From NCBI RefSeq assembly GCF_965201105.1, contig NZ_OZ241741.1:2577605-2641604 (forward strand): a DNA stretch of 64,000 bases. The letters run 5' to 3'. Within the stretch, counting starts at the first letter, position 1, and every line of letters starts with the position of its first letter. The stretch comes from Terriglobus sp. (lineage in GTDB: Bacteria > Acidobacteriota > Terriglobia > Terriglobales > Acidobacteriaceae). This document shows, piece by piece, positions 41,390-51,576 of the stretch. Under the pieces are notes generated by a model. That model did no database searches, was not told where the DNA came from, and saw only the letters and a list, made by a program, of their open reading frames with translations. Made by a program: the position numbers and the translations under genes.

Positions 41390-42793
41390 ATGCCGATATC
41401 CCTGTTTGGCCGCGACGAAGAGCGAACGAAAAAGCCGAGTTTCTTTCAGCGCGTAAAGCAGGCGGTCACCGGCGTGGCGCCGCCCGCGCCTGAACCGCAG
41501 GCCGAAAATCCGCAGCCCGCAGCAACGCCAGCAGCGCCTGAGAAGTATCCGGCGCCGATGCCGCTTGGCGCGACGCCCGAGGACGCATTTGCCGCTCCGG
41601 AGACTGCGGCGGAGCTCGCCGAGGTCGAAGGTCTGGAGACGCCCGGGGTCGACGCGTTTGCGGTTGCGCAGACCGCGGCCGAGCCCGAAACGTTTGAAGC
41701 GGTAGAGGCCGCTCTGCCCGTGCACGACGCGCGCGCGCCAGAGCAGCCGATGGTGCGCGTCTCCGTACCGCCGCCTGTGGCCGCCGCACCCGCCACGTCG
41801 ACGGTGCAGGTAAATGAGTTCGGCTTAAGGCCGATGACCACGAACTTCTCCTTCGGCGGGTACGCATCCGCCGAAGAGGAAGACGCCAGCTTCCTGGACC
41901 GCATGCGCACGGCGGCGTCGCGCACGCGTGAGTCGTTGTCGTCCTCGCTCGACTCGGTTCTGTCGCTGGGCCGCGCGGTCGATGAGGAGACGCTTGAGGA
42001 GCTGGAAGCCGTGCTCTTGACCGCCGACCTGGGCGTGACGACCACGAACGAGGTCATCGGCAACCTACGCGCCCGCGCGCTCCGCGAAAAGGCGACCGGC
42101 GCCGAGTTGAAGGGCATGCTGCGCGAAGAACTGCGGCGCATTCTGGACGCGGTCGACCAGCCGACGAATCACCCCGCGCACGCGCCGGAGGTCATCATGA
42201 TGGTCGGCGTAAACGGCACCGGCAAGACGACCACCAGCGGCAAGCTGGCCACGCTGTACGGCACGCACGGCCGACGCGCTCTGCTGTGCGCCGCCGACAC
42301 ATTTCGCGCCGCGGCCATCGAGCAGTTGGAGGTTTGGGCGAAGCGGTCCAGCGTGGACATCATCAAGACGCGGCAGGGTGGCGACCCCAGTGCCGCGCTG
42401 TACGACGCGCTGACCGCGGGCAAGGCGCGCGGCGTGGACATTGTGATCGTGGATACGGCGGGCCGCCTGCACAACAAGGCCGGCCTGATGGCCGAGTTGG
42501 AAAAGATGCGGCGCACGGCAGAGAAGCTGGTTCCCGGCGCGCCGCACCAGACGTTCCTGGTCATGGACGCGACCACCGGCCAGAACGGTCTGCAGCAGGC
42601 GCGATTGTTCCTGGAGTCGGCGCGCGTGTCCGGCATTGTGCTGACCAAGCTGGACGGCACCGCAAAGGGCGGCGTGGTGCTTGCCATTGCGCGCGAGCTG
42701 AAGCTGCCCGTGGTCTTTGTTGGCGTGGGTGAAAAGATGGAGGATATCCTGCCGTTCAACGGCGATGATTTCCTTACATCGCTGCTGGGCTGA
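41390..42793 (+). CDS. ftsY: Signal recognition particle receptor FtsY
   Basis: ATG at 41390. Acidic/Ala-Pro-rich A domain, then the NG domain: MMVGVNGTGKTTTSGKLA, CAADTFRAAAIEQL, DTAGRL and LTKLDGTAKGG. Confidence 0.9.
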   Translation: MPISLFGRDEERTKKPSFFQRVKQAVTGVAPPAPEPQAENPQPAATPAAPEKYPAPMPLGATPEDAFAAPETAAELAEVEGLETPGVDAFAVAQTAAEPETFEAVEAALPVHDARAPEQPMVRVSVPPPVAAAPATSTVQVNEFGLRPMTTNFSFGGYASAEEEDASFLDRMRTAASRTRESLSSSLDSVLSLGRAVDEETLEELEAVLLTADLGVTTTNEVIGNLRARALREKATGAELKGMLREELRRILDAVDQPTNHPAHAPEVIMMVGVNGTGKTTTSGKLATLYGTHGRRALLCAADTFRAAAIEQLEVWAKRSSVDIIKTRQGGDPSAALYDALTAGKARGVDIVIVDTAGRLHNKAGLMAELEKMRRTAEKLVPGAPHQTFLVMDATTGQNGLQQARLFLESARVSGIVLTKLDGTAKGGVVLAIARELKLPVVFVGVGEKMEDILPFNGDDFLTSLLG

Positions 42794-42822
42794 TCCCGCG
42801 CAAGCGTTCGTACAGAAGGACT

Positions 42823-43362
42823 ATGGAAGCCAGCGAAATCCAGGAGTTTGTCGAGCAGCAGGAGAAGGCATCGGAGACGCACATGTATGCGGTCTCGTTC
42901 TCCATCAGCGTACTTGCCGTGCTGGTCGCGCTTGTCACGGTGCTCAGCCATCGCGCCCACACGGCGGCGGTGTTGAACCAGGCGCGCGCGTCTGACGAGT
43001 GGGGTCTGTACCAGGCGAAAAAGATTCGGCAGTCCAGCATCAACACGACCGTGGATCTGCTGAACGTGCTGAAGCCTGGTGATGCGGCGGCGAAGGCGCG
43101 CATCGCCGAGTACAAGCAGCACACCGCAAAGTGGGACGCGGACCTGCTCGCATCGGAGCACAGGGCGCGCGAACTCGAAGAGCAGGTGGAGACGGAAGAG
43201 CATCACGCCAGCCGCTACGACGCGGGTGAGGCTCTTCTGCAGATCGCGGTTGTCCTGGCTTCCATCACTCTGCTCACGCACCAGCGCATCTACTGGTTCG
43301 TCGCGCTGTCGATCGGCGGCGTGGGGGTGATCTTCGCAGCGCTCGGCTTTTTCGCGCACTAA
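42823..43362 (+). CDS. DUF4337-like membrane protein
   Basis: 179 aa with one N-proximal and one C-terminal TM, plus SDEWGLYQAKKIRQ... Assigned by resemblance only. Confidence 0.6.
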   Translation: MEASEIQEFVEQQEKASETHMYAVSFSISVLAVLVALVTVLSHRAHTAAVLNQARASDEWGLYQAKKIRQSSINTTVDLLNVLKPGDAAAKARIAEYKQHTAKWDADLLASEHRARELEEQVETEEHHASRYDAGEALLQIAVVLASITLLTHQRIYWFVALSIGGVGVIFAALGFFAH

Positions 43363-43452
43363 GTTGGCGAGGTTGACGACCACGCCAAATCCCGACATCA
43401 CGCAACGGCTCGCCGCTTCCCGTCCTCTCACGTGCCGGTATGGAGGTTGAGT

Positions 43453-43878
43453 ATGGGTTTGATGGACATGGTTTCCTCGATGGTCGGCCAGGCCGGTGGG
43501 CAGCAGAACGACAATGCTACGGTTACGGGCGGCTTGATGGATGAGCTGCAGAGCCAGGGCGGTGGTGTCGGTGGCGTGATGCAGTCCTTTCAGCAGAACG
43601 GTTTGGGAGGCCTGATTCAAAAGTGGTCGGGTGGACAGACCACGCCTGCAGCGCCGTCAGAAGTGGAGCAGGGCCTGGGCGGCACCGGCATGATCGACAA
43701 CATCGCGCAGCGCACGGGCATGTCGCCCACCGTAGTCAAGATGGGCCTTGCGGTCGCTGTCCCGATGCTGATTCACCACTACTTTTCGAACGGACACGTG
43801 GACCAGCAGGGACAGCAGACCGGACCACAGCCAGAGCCGGGCGGCGTTCTGCAGTCGATCCTGGGCCGCATTATCTAG
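43453..43878 (+). CDS. YidB/DUF937-like protein
   Basis: ATG at 43453 behind a GGAGG RBS. GGLMDELQSQGG...FQQNGLGGLIQKWSGGQ...AQRTGMSP is typical of DUF937. Confidence 0.6.
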   Translation: MGLMDMVSSMVGQAGGQQNDNATVTGGLMDELQSQGGGVGGVMQSFQQNGLGGLIQKWSGGQTTPAAPSEVEQGLGGTGMIDNIAQRTGMSPTVVKMGLAVAVPMLIHHYFSNGHVDQQGQQTGPQPEPGGVLQSILGRII

Positions 43879-43922
43879 CGCCGGAAGCGGATGGCATCGC
43901 TGTCGCATCCAACGGGGCAACG

Positions 43923-45167
43923 ATGCCGTTCTCCGCCACCGACACCGCACACATGCAGCGCGCGCTGGAGCTTGCGAAGGCGACGCTCGGCCTGGCATCG
44001 CCGAATCCCCAGGTGGGCTGCGTGCTGGCGCATGACAATGTGCTTGTGGGTGAAGGTGCCCACCGCTACGATCTGCGCGATCATGCCGAGGTGGTTGCGC
44101 TGAAGCAGGCCGGGGAGCAGGCTCGTGGTGCCACGGCCTACGTGACGCTTGAGCCGTGTTCGCATTTTGGACGAACCGGACCCTGCGCGAACGCGCTGAT
44201 CGAGGCCGGGGTTGCGCGCGTGATCGCGGCGACCCTGGACCCGAACCCGCTGGTGGCGGGCCAGGGCATGTCACGCATCGCGAATGCGGGGATCATTGCG
44301 GAGGACGGCCTGCTGCAGACCGAGGCCCGCGTGATGAACGACGCCTATGCGCGGCACATCCTGACCGGCATGCCTTTGGTCACGCTCAAATCCGCGCTAA
44401 GCGTGGACGGCCGTCTGGCACCGCTGCCGGTGCAGCGCGCAGCAAACGCTCCCTTCTGGCTTACGGGCACGGCTGCGCGTGAAGAAGTGCATCGCTTTCG
44501 CCATGCGAACGATGCAATTCTGACCGGCGTGGGTACGGTGCTGGCGGATGATCCCATTCTGTCGGATCGCAGCAACCTGCAGCGTCGCCGCAGACTGATG
44601 CGCGTGGTGCTGGATACGCAGTGCCGCATGCCTCTGAATTCGCGCCTGGTCGAAAGCGCGAATGACGACCTGCTGATTTTTTGCGCACCAACCGCTGCGT
44701 TTGACCGGCAGCGCGCGTTGCGTGCGCGGGGCGTGCGCGTGGAACCCATGCCGCTGCTGACCCCAGAAGAGCGGGCGAGCAGCACGACACCGGCGTCTCC
44801 GCAACGGGCGCAAGGCCGTAAGCCGGAGCTGGATTTGCGCGCGATCCTGAAGCGTTTGGGTGAGATGGACATGCTCTCCGTTCTGCTGGAAGCAGGTCCC
44901 GGGCTGAATGCTTCTCTCCTGAACGCGGGCCTGGTGGACAAAGTCGTGCTCTTCTTTGCGGAGGTGGAACTGGGCGCGGGCTCCATTCCATTCGCCGACG
45001 ATGCGAACAACCCGTTCGCGTTGATTGAGCAGTTGCAGAACATCGACCGCTGCGACTTTGTGCACGATGCGACCGGCGGCGCGCGTGGCATGGACGCCTG
45101 CGTGCGCGGCACACTGCATGATCCGTGGGCGGAAAACTTCACACTGACGCCGCTGCCGGTTGCGTGA
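43923..45167 (+). CDS. ribD: Bifunctional riboflavin biosynthesis protein RibD (deaminase/reductase)
   Basis: ATG at 43923. NPQVGCVL..., HAEVVAL and TLEPCSHFGRTGPC (CMP/dCMP deaminase zinc site), then the RibD_C reductase region. Confidence 0.9.
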   Translation: MPFSATDTAHMQRALELAKATLGLASPNPQVGCVLAHDNVLVGEGAHRYDLRDHAEVVALKQAGEQARGATAYVTLEPCSHFGRTGPCANALIEAGVARVIAATLDPNPLVAGQGMSRIANAGIIAEDGLLQTEARVMNDAYARHILTGMPLVTLKSALSVDGRLAPLPVQRAANAPFWLTGTAAREEVHRFRHANDAILTGVGTVLADDPILSDRSNLQRRRRLMRVVLDTQCRMPLNSRLVESANDDLLIFCAPTAAFDRQRALRARGVRVEPMPLLTPEERASSTTPASPQRAQGRKPELDLRAILKRLGEMDMLSVLLEAGPGLNASLLNAGLVDKVVLFFAEVELGAGSIPFADDANNPFALIEQLQNIDRCDFVHDATGGARGMDACVRGTLHDPWAENFTLTPLPVA

Positions 45168-45191
45168 CTTCACGCGGCTTACGATAGAAGC

Positions 45192-45866
45192 ATGTTTACC
45201 GGACTAATCGCGGAGCTTGGCCGCGTGGAGTGGGTTGAGGAGCGGACGGGCGCAACGCGCATTCGCGTGGCCGCGCCGACGCTGGCGGCAAAGCTGGCCG
45301 AGGGCGACTCCATCGCCGTTTCCGGCGTGTGCCTGACCGCGCTGGCGATCACGCCCGAGCGGTTTGAGGCGGACCTGGCGAAGGAAACCATCGCGCGCAC
45401 TTCCCTGTCGCGGCTGCAACCTGGCACGGTCGTCAACCTGGAGCTGCCCACGCCCGCAGGCACCCCGCTGGGCGGTCACGTGGTGCAGGGTCATGTGGAC
45501 GGCGTGGGCCACGTGCGCGCGCTGAAGGCCGTCGCCGAAGCAGCTGCTGGCGAGAGCGACTGGCTGTTGGAATTTACTGCGCCGGCAGAGGTGGCCCGCT
45601 ACGTGGTCGCGAAGGGCTCCATTACGGTGGAAGGCATTTCACTGACCGTTGCCGCTGTGACGCATCAGCCGGGCGGTGAGGCATCGGTGACCATTGCGGT
45701 CATTCCGCACACGTATGCGGTCACGAATCTGCACACGCTGGGACCCGGCAGCGAGCTGAACCTGGAAGCCGATGTGCTGGCGAAGTATTCCGAGCAGCGC
45801 GCACGCCTGGAGCGGCACGAAGCTTCAAATCTGTCTGAAGAAATGCTGATCGCGGCGGGTTTCTAG
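45192..45866 (+). CDS. ribE: Riboflavin synthase
   Basis: MFTGLIAELGRV..., GDSIAVSGVCLT and a second lumazine-binding repeat GSITVEGISLTV. Confidence 0.92.
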   Translation: MFTGLIAELGRVEWVEERTGATRIRVAAPTLAAKLAEGDSIAVSGVCLTALAITPERFEADLAKETIARTSLSRLQPGTVVNLELPTPAGTPLGGHVVQGHVDGVGHVRALKAVAEAAAGESDWLLEFTAPAEVARYVVAKGSITVEGISLTVAAVTHQPGGEASVTIAVIPHTYAVTNLHTLGPGSELNLEADVLAKYSEQRARLERHEASNLSEEMLIAAGF

Positions 45867-45870
45867 CCGT

Positions 45871-46269
45871 TCAGTTGCCGCTGGGGTCGTCGTCGTGGAC
45901 GCCGCCGAGTTCCTTCTGTTGCCCATCGGGCCAGTCGGTCCACAATAGATGGCCGGCCTGTGTATGGAAGTGCCAGACCGCCCCGTTGTACCGGATGGTT
46001 CCGTCAACCCAGCACGGAAACCAAAGATAGAAATCGTGCTCTTCGCGCGGCACCAGACGATGATAGGTCGCGAATCGGGTGCGGACCTGTGCGGCGGTCA
46101 GGCGAAATCTGCTGCACATCGCGGCGTCGGCCTGCTTGGCATCATGACCGGGCTTCAGGTCTGTGATGCGAGCGCTAGCGGGCAAAGACCATCGGCCGTG
46201 CTTCGCCGGGACAGCCGGCGCTGCGAAACCGAGCAGTAGCAGCGGAAATATCGCGCGGACCGGAAACAT
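45871..46269 (-). CDS. Secreted hypothetical protein
   Basis: ATG at 46269 gives MFPVRAIFPLLLLGFAAPAVPA (signal peptide). 132 aa; no domain recognised. Confidence 0.5.
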   Translation of the reverse strand: MFPVRAIFPLLLLGFAAPAVPAKHGRWSLPASARITDLKPGHDAKQADAAMCSRFRLTAAQVRTRFATYHRLVPREEHDFYLWFPCWVDGTIRYNGAVWHFHTQAGHLLWTDWPDGQQKELGGVHDDDPSGN

Positions 46270-46276
46270 GGACGGG

Positions 46277-46648
46277 TTAGATGTCGCGTTTGCGCGCTGG
46301 CTGTCTCTTGCGTGCTTTTCCCGCTGCCGCGCCATTCTTTTGAAGGCGTAAGCGATACGCGGTCTGCAGGGCACCGGAGACGGTGGCTTCGCGTGCCGCC
46401 AGCAGCCGAATATGCGTGGCGCCCATCCGTCCCCAGCCGCCGTGTACGGGCAGGAAGAGCTCGGGTGCCTCGGCGATGAACTGCGCCTGCAACTCCGGCG
46501 TAAGCATCAGGTTGCCATAGCCCTGTGCCACGCTGGCGAGTGTTGCAAAGATGCGGCCGCCGACGCGGAAGTCCACCACGCCCATGTGGCTGCCCTGCTC
46601 AGCGCCGGGCAGAGCGAGTGCGAGGCGGCGGAATTCGTCGGCAGTCAC
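46277..46648 (-). CDS. MmcQ/YjbR family protein
   Basis: LALALPGAEQGSHMGVVDFRVGGRIFATL... resembles the YjbR family. The GTG start overlaps the tdk stop. Confidence 0.65.
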   Translation of the reverse strand: MTADEFRRLALALPGAEQGSHMGVVDFRVGGRIFATLASVAQGYGNLMLTPELQAQFIAEAPELFLPVHGGWGRMGATHIRLLAAREATVSGALQTAYRLRLQKNGAAAGKARKRQPARKRDI

Positions 46649-47295
46649 GCGCTGGTCAGCACGGCACTGGGCAGTTCCAGCTGCTCGGCCGCGGGCTCTT
46701 CCACATAGGGTTGAAAGTGGGCACGGCAGCGTGCCTCGTACATGCCAGCGGCACCGACAACGACCAGTTCCTGGCTGTGGCCGAGGCGCTGGGTGTGGAT
46801 GGCGGGCTGGCCACAGACCATGCAGACCGCGTTCAGCTTGGTCACTTTGTCCGCGAGTGCCATGAGCGCCGGCACCGGCCCGAAGGGTTCGTTGGCGAAG
46901 GTGGTATCGAGGCCGGCCAGAATGACGCGTTTGCCCATGGCGACCAGTTCCAGCGCGAGCGGCTGAATGCCGCTGTCGAAGAACTGCGCTTCATCCAGCC
47001 CGACCACATCCGCCTCGTAGACCTGCCCTTCGGCGAAGAGCGCCTCGCGCAGGTGGGCGCTGTCGGGTGTGACGACGGCTGCCTCCATGGTCTGCTCGGA
47101 GTGCGAGGCGATGGCGGTGCGGTGGTAGCGGAGGTCGATGTCGGGCTTGTAGCAGCTGACACGCTGCCGGGCGATCCTGGCCCGCTTGAGGCGGCGGATC
47201 AGTTCCTCGCTCTTGCCGGAGAACATGGGCCCGACGATGACTTCAAGCACGCCGGGCGCGGGCTGCTGATCGCACGGGGTTGGTGGAACTGCCAT
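46645..47295 (-). CDS. tdk: Thymidine kinase
   Basis: ATG at 47295. VIVGPMFSGKSEELIRR (P-loop), GLDEAQFF and the C-terminal zinc site CMVCG...ARCRAHF. Confidence 0.9.
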   Translation of the reverse strand: MAVPPTPCDQQPAPGVLEVIVGPMFSGKSEELIRRLKRARIARQRVSCYKPDIDLRYHRTAIASHSEQTMEAAVVTPDSAHLREALFAEGQVYEADVVGLDEAQFFDSGIQPLALELVAMGKRVILAGLDTTFANEPFGPVPALMALADKVTKLNAVCMVCGQPAIHTQRLGHSQELVVVGAAGMYEARCRAHFQPYVEEPAAEQLELPSAVLTSA

Positions 47296-47380
47296 TTCCG
47301 TATGGTACGAGACAGGAAGGTGGCGTCTTGTGGAAGAGGCGTCTGCGCCTGTTTGCATGCTGACGCGGTAATGGTGCGCC

Positions 47381-47424
47381 AAAAGCAGATCCCTTCCCTT
47401 CGGCAAGCTCAGGGTCAGGATGAT
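47381..47424 (-). repeat. Repeat family A copy (divergent, reverse orientation)
   Basis: The reverse complement reads ATCATCCTGACCCTGAGCTTGCCGAAGGGAAGGGATCTGCTTTT. Confidence 0.65.
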
Positions 47425-47489
47425 ACTGCCGGGGCGGGGTGTGGTGCGGTATAGTTTATTGGCTTGGCGTCCCGAACGGGTCGCCAAGC

Positions 47490-47882
47490 TCAGGCGTGGG
47501 TCTTTGCGGGGGCGGGTTGCCAGAGTTCGAAGCGGTTGCCCTCGGGGTCGGTGGCCCAGGCGAATTTGCCAAAGGACTCGTCCATGCGCTTGGGGTCGAT
47601 GGTCGCGCCTGCAGTCTTCAAATTGAAAAGAATGCCTTCCATATCGTCCACGCGATAGTTGATCATGACCTGCTGTGTGTGCTGGCCAAAGTAGTCGGTG
47701 TTCTCGGGGAAGGTCGACCAAGCAGTCGAACCTGTTCCCGCAGGCACCTCATCGGACCACTTCAGCTTGGCACCGCCGTAGACTTCCAGATGGATACCGA
47801 GGTGGTCGGCGTACCACTGGCGAAGCGTCTTGGGATCCTTTGCACGTAGAAACACACCACCGATGCCTGTGACTCGCGCCAT
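47490..47882 (-). CDS. VOC (glyoxalase/bleomycin-resistance) family protein
   Basis: 130 aa. ...GIGGVFLRAKDP...FAWATDPEGNRFELWQP. Confidence 0.8.
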   Translation of the reverse strand: MARVTGIGGVFLRAKDPKTLRQWYADHLGIHLEVYGGAKLKWSDEVPAGTGSTAWSTFPENTDYFGQHTQQVMINYRVDDMEGILFNLKTAGATIDPKRMDESFGKFAWATDPEGNRFELWQPAPAKTHA

Positions 47883-47902
47883 TGCGTTGCTCCAATTGAG
47901 GT

Positions 47903-48238
47903 TTACAAGCTTTCTACCACCACGGCGGTGCCGTAGGCCAGAACTTCCGTGACGCCCTGCATGATTTCATTCGCGTCGTAGCGGAAGCTGATCACGGCGT
48001 TGGCGCCGATGTGTGCGGCGTGCTCGCTCATGCGGCTATAGGCATCGGCGCGGGTCTTCTCGCACAGGTCGGTGTAGATCGTGATGTCGCCGCCGACGAG
48101 AGTCTGAAAACTGGCGCCGATCGAGCCGAAGACGGAGCGGGAGCGGACGACGATGCCGCGCACGATGCCCAGATTCCGCACAATGCGGAACCCGGGCAGA
48201 TCGAGCGCGGTGGTAACGAGGGCGGGGTTGACGGGCAT
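47903..48238 (-). CDS. YbjQ (UPF0145) family protein
   Basis: 111 aa. ...LGIVRGIVVRSRS...GANAVISFRYD.... Confidence 0.85.
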   Translation of the reverse strand: MPVNPALVTTALDLPGFRIVRNLGIVRGIVVRSRSVFGSIGASFQTLVGGDITIYTDLCEKTRADAYSRMSEHAAHIGANAVISFRYDANEIMQGVTEVLAYGTAVVVESL

Positions 48239-48312
48239 ATGTCTTGCTCCGATGTTGGGCGCAGTCAGGTGGTTTGGAACCTATCGTTGTTGCTGGATTG
48301 CCACTCCTAACG

Positions 48313-48371
48313 AAATGCAGGTTTCCCCATTACGCAGGACGATGAAGCTGTCCTGCTCCGGTCGAAATGAC
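48313..48371 (+). repeat. Repeat family B copy
   Basis: AAATGCAGGTTTCCCCATTACGCAGGACGATGAAGCTGTCCTGCTCCGGTCGAAATGAC between ybjQ-like and pgi. Confidence 0.85.
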
Positions 48372-48403
48372 TCTCTGTTGCGGGGTTCCGAATCGTTCGG
48401 TCG

Positions 48404-50038
48404 TCAGGCCTTCTTCTGGCGATAGAGCTCGATGAGGTGGTTGGTCGAGGTGTCGTGCTTCAGCTCGGGCGTGCCGGTGTTTTCGAGCTCGCCGAGAATG
48501 CGCGTGGCGAGCACCTTGCCGAGTTCGACGCCCCACTGGTCGAAGCTGTTGATGTTCCAGATCACGCCCTGGGTGAAGACGTTGTGCTCGTAGAGTGCAA
48601 CCAGCTTGCCGAGCACGGCGGGCGTGAGCTCGTCGGCCAGGATGGTGTTGGACGGGCGGTTGCCCTCAAAGACGCGGTGCGGGATCAGGTCTTCCTTCGT
48701 ACCCTCGGCGCGAACCTCTTCGGCGGTCTTGCCGAAGGCGAGCGCCTCGGTTTGCGCGAAGACGTTGGCAATGAGCATGTCATGATGACGGCCAAGCGGA
48801 TTTAAGGACTTGAAAAAGCCGATAAAGTCGCACGGGATTAGCCGTGTGCCCTGGTGGATGAGCTGGTAGAAAGAGTGCTGGCCGTTGGTGCCGGGCTCGC
48901 CCCAGTAGATGGGGCCGGTTTGCGTGTCGACATGCTTGCCCTCAAGCGTCACGTGCTTGCCGTTGGACTCCATGGTGAGCTGCTGCAGGTATGCCGGGAA
49001 GCGCTTCAGGTATTGCTCGTACGGCAGGATGGCGACCGTCTGCGCGTCGAAATAGTCGGTGTACCAGATGGTGAGCAGCGCCAGCAGCACGGGCAGGTTT
49101 TGCTCCAGCGGCGCGGTACGGAAGTGCACGTCCATGCTGTGGAAGCCGGCAAGCATCTCACGAAAGTTATCGGGGCCAATCGCGATCATCGTTGACAGGC
49201 CAATCGCCGAGTCCATGGAGTAGCGGCCACCAACCCAGTCCGAAAACTCGAACATGTTCTCGGTATCGATACCGAACTTTGCGACTTCTTTGGCGTTGGT
49301 GCTCATGGCAACGAAGTGCTTCGCGATGCCTTCTTCCGTGCCGCCGTTTTTCAGGAACCAGTCGCGCGCGGAGTGCGCATTGGTCATCGTTTCAAGCGTC
49401 GTGAACGTCTTCGACGCGACCAGGAAAAGCGTCTCGTCCGCCTGCAGGTCGTGTACGGCCTCAACAAAGTCGGTGCCGTCCACGTTTGAGACGAAACGGA
49501 AGGTTAGGTCGCGCTGGGAGTAGTGGCGCAGCGCCTCGTATGCCATCACGGGGCCCAGATCCGAGCCGCCGATGCCGATGTTGATGACATTGCGAATGCG
49601 CTTGCCGGTCACACCTTTCCATTCACCGCTGCGCACCTTGTCACTGAACGCGGCCATCTTGTCGAGTACCTGGTGGACGCCAGGAACGACGTCTTGGCCG
49701 TCGACGACGATCTTCTCGTCTTTGGGTGCGCGCAGGGCGACGTGCAACACGGCACGGTTCTCCGTGGTGTTGATCTTCTGCCCGGTGAACATCGCTTCCG
49801 TCGCCTGTTTCAGTCCGGCGGTCTCGGCGAGCGCGAACAGCAGCTTCAGGGTTTCGTCGTTGATGCGGTTCTTGGAGTAGTCGAGCAGGATGCCTTCGGC
49901 GCTGGCGTTGTAGCGGGTGCCTCGCGAGGGATCGTCGGCGAACATCTGCTTCAGTTCAACGTTGCCGATCTCCGCATAATGCTTCTCAAGCGCGAGCCAT
50001 GCTTCGTGCCGCTGTGGTGCCGTTCCCGGTGCTGCCAT
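48404..50038 (-). CDS. pgi: Glucose-6-phosphate isomerase
   Basis: ATG at 50038. ...[11 protein letters not shown]..., SKTFTTLET and [18 protein letters not shown]. 544 aa. Confidence 0.93.
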   Translation of the reverse strand: MAAPGTAPQRHEAWLALEKHYAEIGNVELKQMFADDPSRGTRYNASAEGILLDYSKNRINDETLKLLFALAETAGLKQATEAMFTGQKINTTENRAVLHVALRAPKDEKIVVDGQDVVPGVHQVLDKMAAFSDKVRSGEWKGVTGKRIRNVINIGIGGSDLGPVMAYEALRHYSQRDLTFRFVSNVDGTDFVEAVHDLQADETLFLVASKTFTTLETMTNAHSARDWFLKNGGTEEGIAKHFVAMSTNAKEVAKFGIDTENMFEFSDWVGGRYSMDSAIGLSTMIAIGPDNFREMLAGFHSMDVHFRTAPLEQNLPVLLALLTIWYTDYFDAQTVAILPYEQYLKRFPAYLQQLTMESNGKHVTLEGKHVDTQTGPIYWGEPGTNGQHSFYQLIHQGTRLIPCDFIGFFKSLNPLGRHHDMLIANVFAQTEALAFGKTAEEVRAEGTKEDLIPHRVFEGNRPSNTILADELTPAVLGKLVALYEHNVFTQGVIWNINSFDQWGVELGKVLATRILGELENTGTPELKHDTSTNHLIELYRQKKA

Positions 50039-50123
50039 CGTTCTGCTCCCTCGCTGTTGGTGACGCTGAAAATATGAGTGCCGGTCATAGGATGCGCGCG
50101 GCGCTGTCGGCATCCCACGAAAG

Positions 50124-51248
50124 ATGGACCGCAACGAAGCAGGCGCGATCTTCACTCGCTTTTTGCAAACGCTGCCGCAGGGCACCGCGACCGACATTCA
50201 CATTCTGACCGATGCCGACGCCGACGGCCTGCCTGCCGGCGCGCTGCTGCTGCGTGCCTTGCACGCTGCAGGCTACACCCGCGTGACCGCGGAAACGCGC
50301 AAAAAGTTTGAGAACGCATGGCTGCCGGAGGTGCATGCGCGGCTTAAGGTGCGGGACCCGAAGGCGCTGCTGCTGGTCGACCTGGGCGCGCGGCCCGACG
50401 AACTGCTGCCCGGTGTTCCGACGTTGCTGGTGGACCACCACGCACCATTTGGGACACCGCTGGGAGCGGTGCTGCTGACCAGCTACGGCACGGAGCCGAC
50501 CGCCACCAGCGGGCTGCTGGCATTGTGGTGTGCGCAGGCGATTGCACCCGCGCTGGCGGATGAGCTGCAGTGGATGGCGGGCATCTCGCTGCTGTCCGAC
50601 CTGGGCGACAAGGCTCCGTTTGACGAGCTTGCAGAGAGTAAGGCGCGCTTCGGTGCGACCGCGTTGAAGGACCTGACCGGTCTGCTTAATGCTCCACGCC
50701 GGACCGCGGCGGGTGACGCGACCGAGGCGCTGGAATTGCTGCTGCGCGGTGCTTCGCCAAAGCAGATTCTGAAGGGTGATGACCCGGCACTCGCGGCGCT
50801 GAAGGTTGCAAAGGCCGAGGTGAACGAGGCGCTCGCGGTGGCGCGCAAGGCACCGCCGAAGTTCTCAACCAAATGGACGGACGAATTGGGCGCGGACATG
50901 ATTATGGTGCGCGTGGACACGCCGTGCCAGGTGCATCCGCTGGTGGCGCAGATCTGGCGCCCGCGCTTTCCGAAGGCGGTCATCTTTGGCGTGAACGTTG
51001 GCTTTCGACCGGGCTTCGTACACTTCGCCGGGCGCGCGCCCCGGGGTGTGAACTTGGTGCAATTCCTGCGCAACCACACGCCTGCGGGTGCGGACGGCAC
51101 GTTCGGCGGCGGCCACGACCAGGCCAGCGGCGGTGCGCTGCCGGTGGCGCTATGGAATCCGTTTGTTGCGATGCTCGGCTTTGGGCCAGAGCTGCAGGTG
51201 CACGAGGACGCGCATGCAGGGCTGTTTGCAGAACCCGTTTCCCACTAG
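50124..51248 (+). CDS. DHH-family phosphoesterase-like protein
   Basis: TDADADG and LLVDHHAP match DHH motifs I and III. 374 aa. The specific function is unknown. Confidence 0.55.
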   Translation: MDRNEAGAIFTRFLQTLPQGTATDIHILTDADADGLPAGALLLRALHAAGYTRVTAETRKKFENAWLPEVHARLKVRDPKALLLVDLGARPDELLPGVPTLLVDHHAPFGTPLGAVLLTSYGTEPTATSGLLALWCAQAIAPALADELQWMAGISLLSDLGDKAPFDELAESKARFGATALKDLTGLLNAPRRTAAGDATEALELLLRGASPKQILKGDDPALAALKVAKAEVNEALAVARKAPPKFSTKWTDELGADMIMVRVDTPCQVHPLVAQIWRPRFPKAVIFGVNVGFRPGFVHFAGRAPRGVNLVQFLRNHTPAGADGTFGGGHDQASGGALPVALWNPFVAMLGFGPELQVHEDAHAGLFAEPVSH

Positions 51249-51371
51249 GGTGCAGGATCCATTTCCCACTAGGGTGTATCGACATATTCATTCTTAGCAG
51301 CTGGGAGGGAGCTTTGGGCTTCAGCGAATCCAGCGGGCTACAAAGTATCTGATGAATCCCGTTACGAACTT

Positions 51372-51430
51372 GTCCTTTCGACCGGAGCACGCGCGCTCTT
51401 TGCGCGTGCGCAGTGGAGAAACCTGCATTT
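51372..51430 (-). repeat. Repeat family B copy (reverse orientation, different stem sequence)
   Basis: GTCCTTTCGACCGGAGCACGCGCGCTCTTTGCGCGTGCGCAGTGGAGAAACCTGCATTT. The flanks match family B. The central stem CACGCGC/GCGCGTG replaces CAGGAC/GTCCTG. Confidence 0.8.
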
Positions 51431-51576
51431 TTCGGCACCCGCAATGCATTGTGTGCGTAAGAGACTTCGTCAAATACGACAGAAAGCCCGCTGCTCCCTC
51501 CCAAGTGAGCGGCTCTCCGCTGCAAAACAGAAACGGACGCGTTCGACGCGTCCGTTCTGCTTTGTAACGGGTACAT

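Noticed and set aside
43879-43922. Expected FMN riboswitch upstream of ribD
   Set aside because: Only 44 nt separate the upstream gene from the ribD ATG. That is far too short for an FMN aptamer, and no conserved FMN-element strings are visible.
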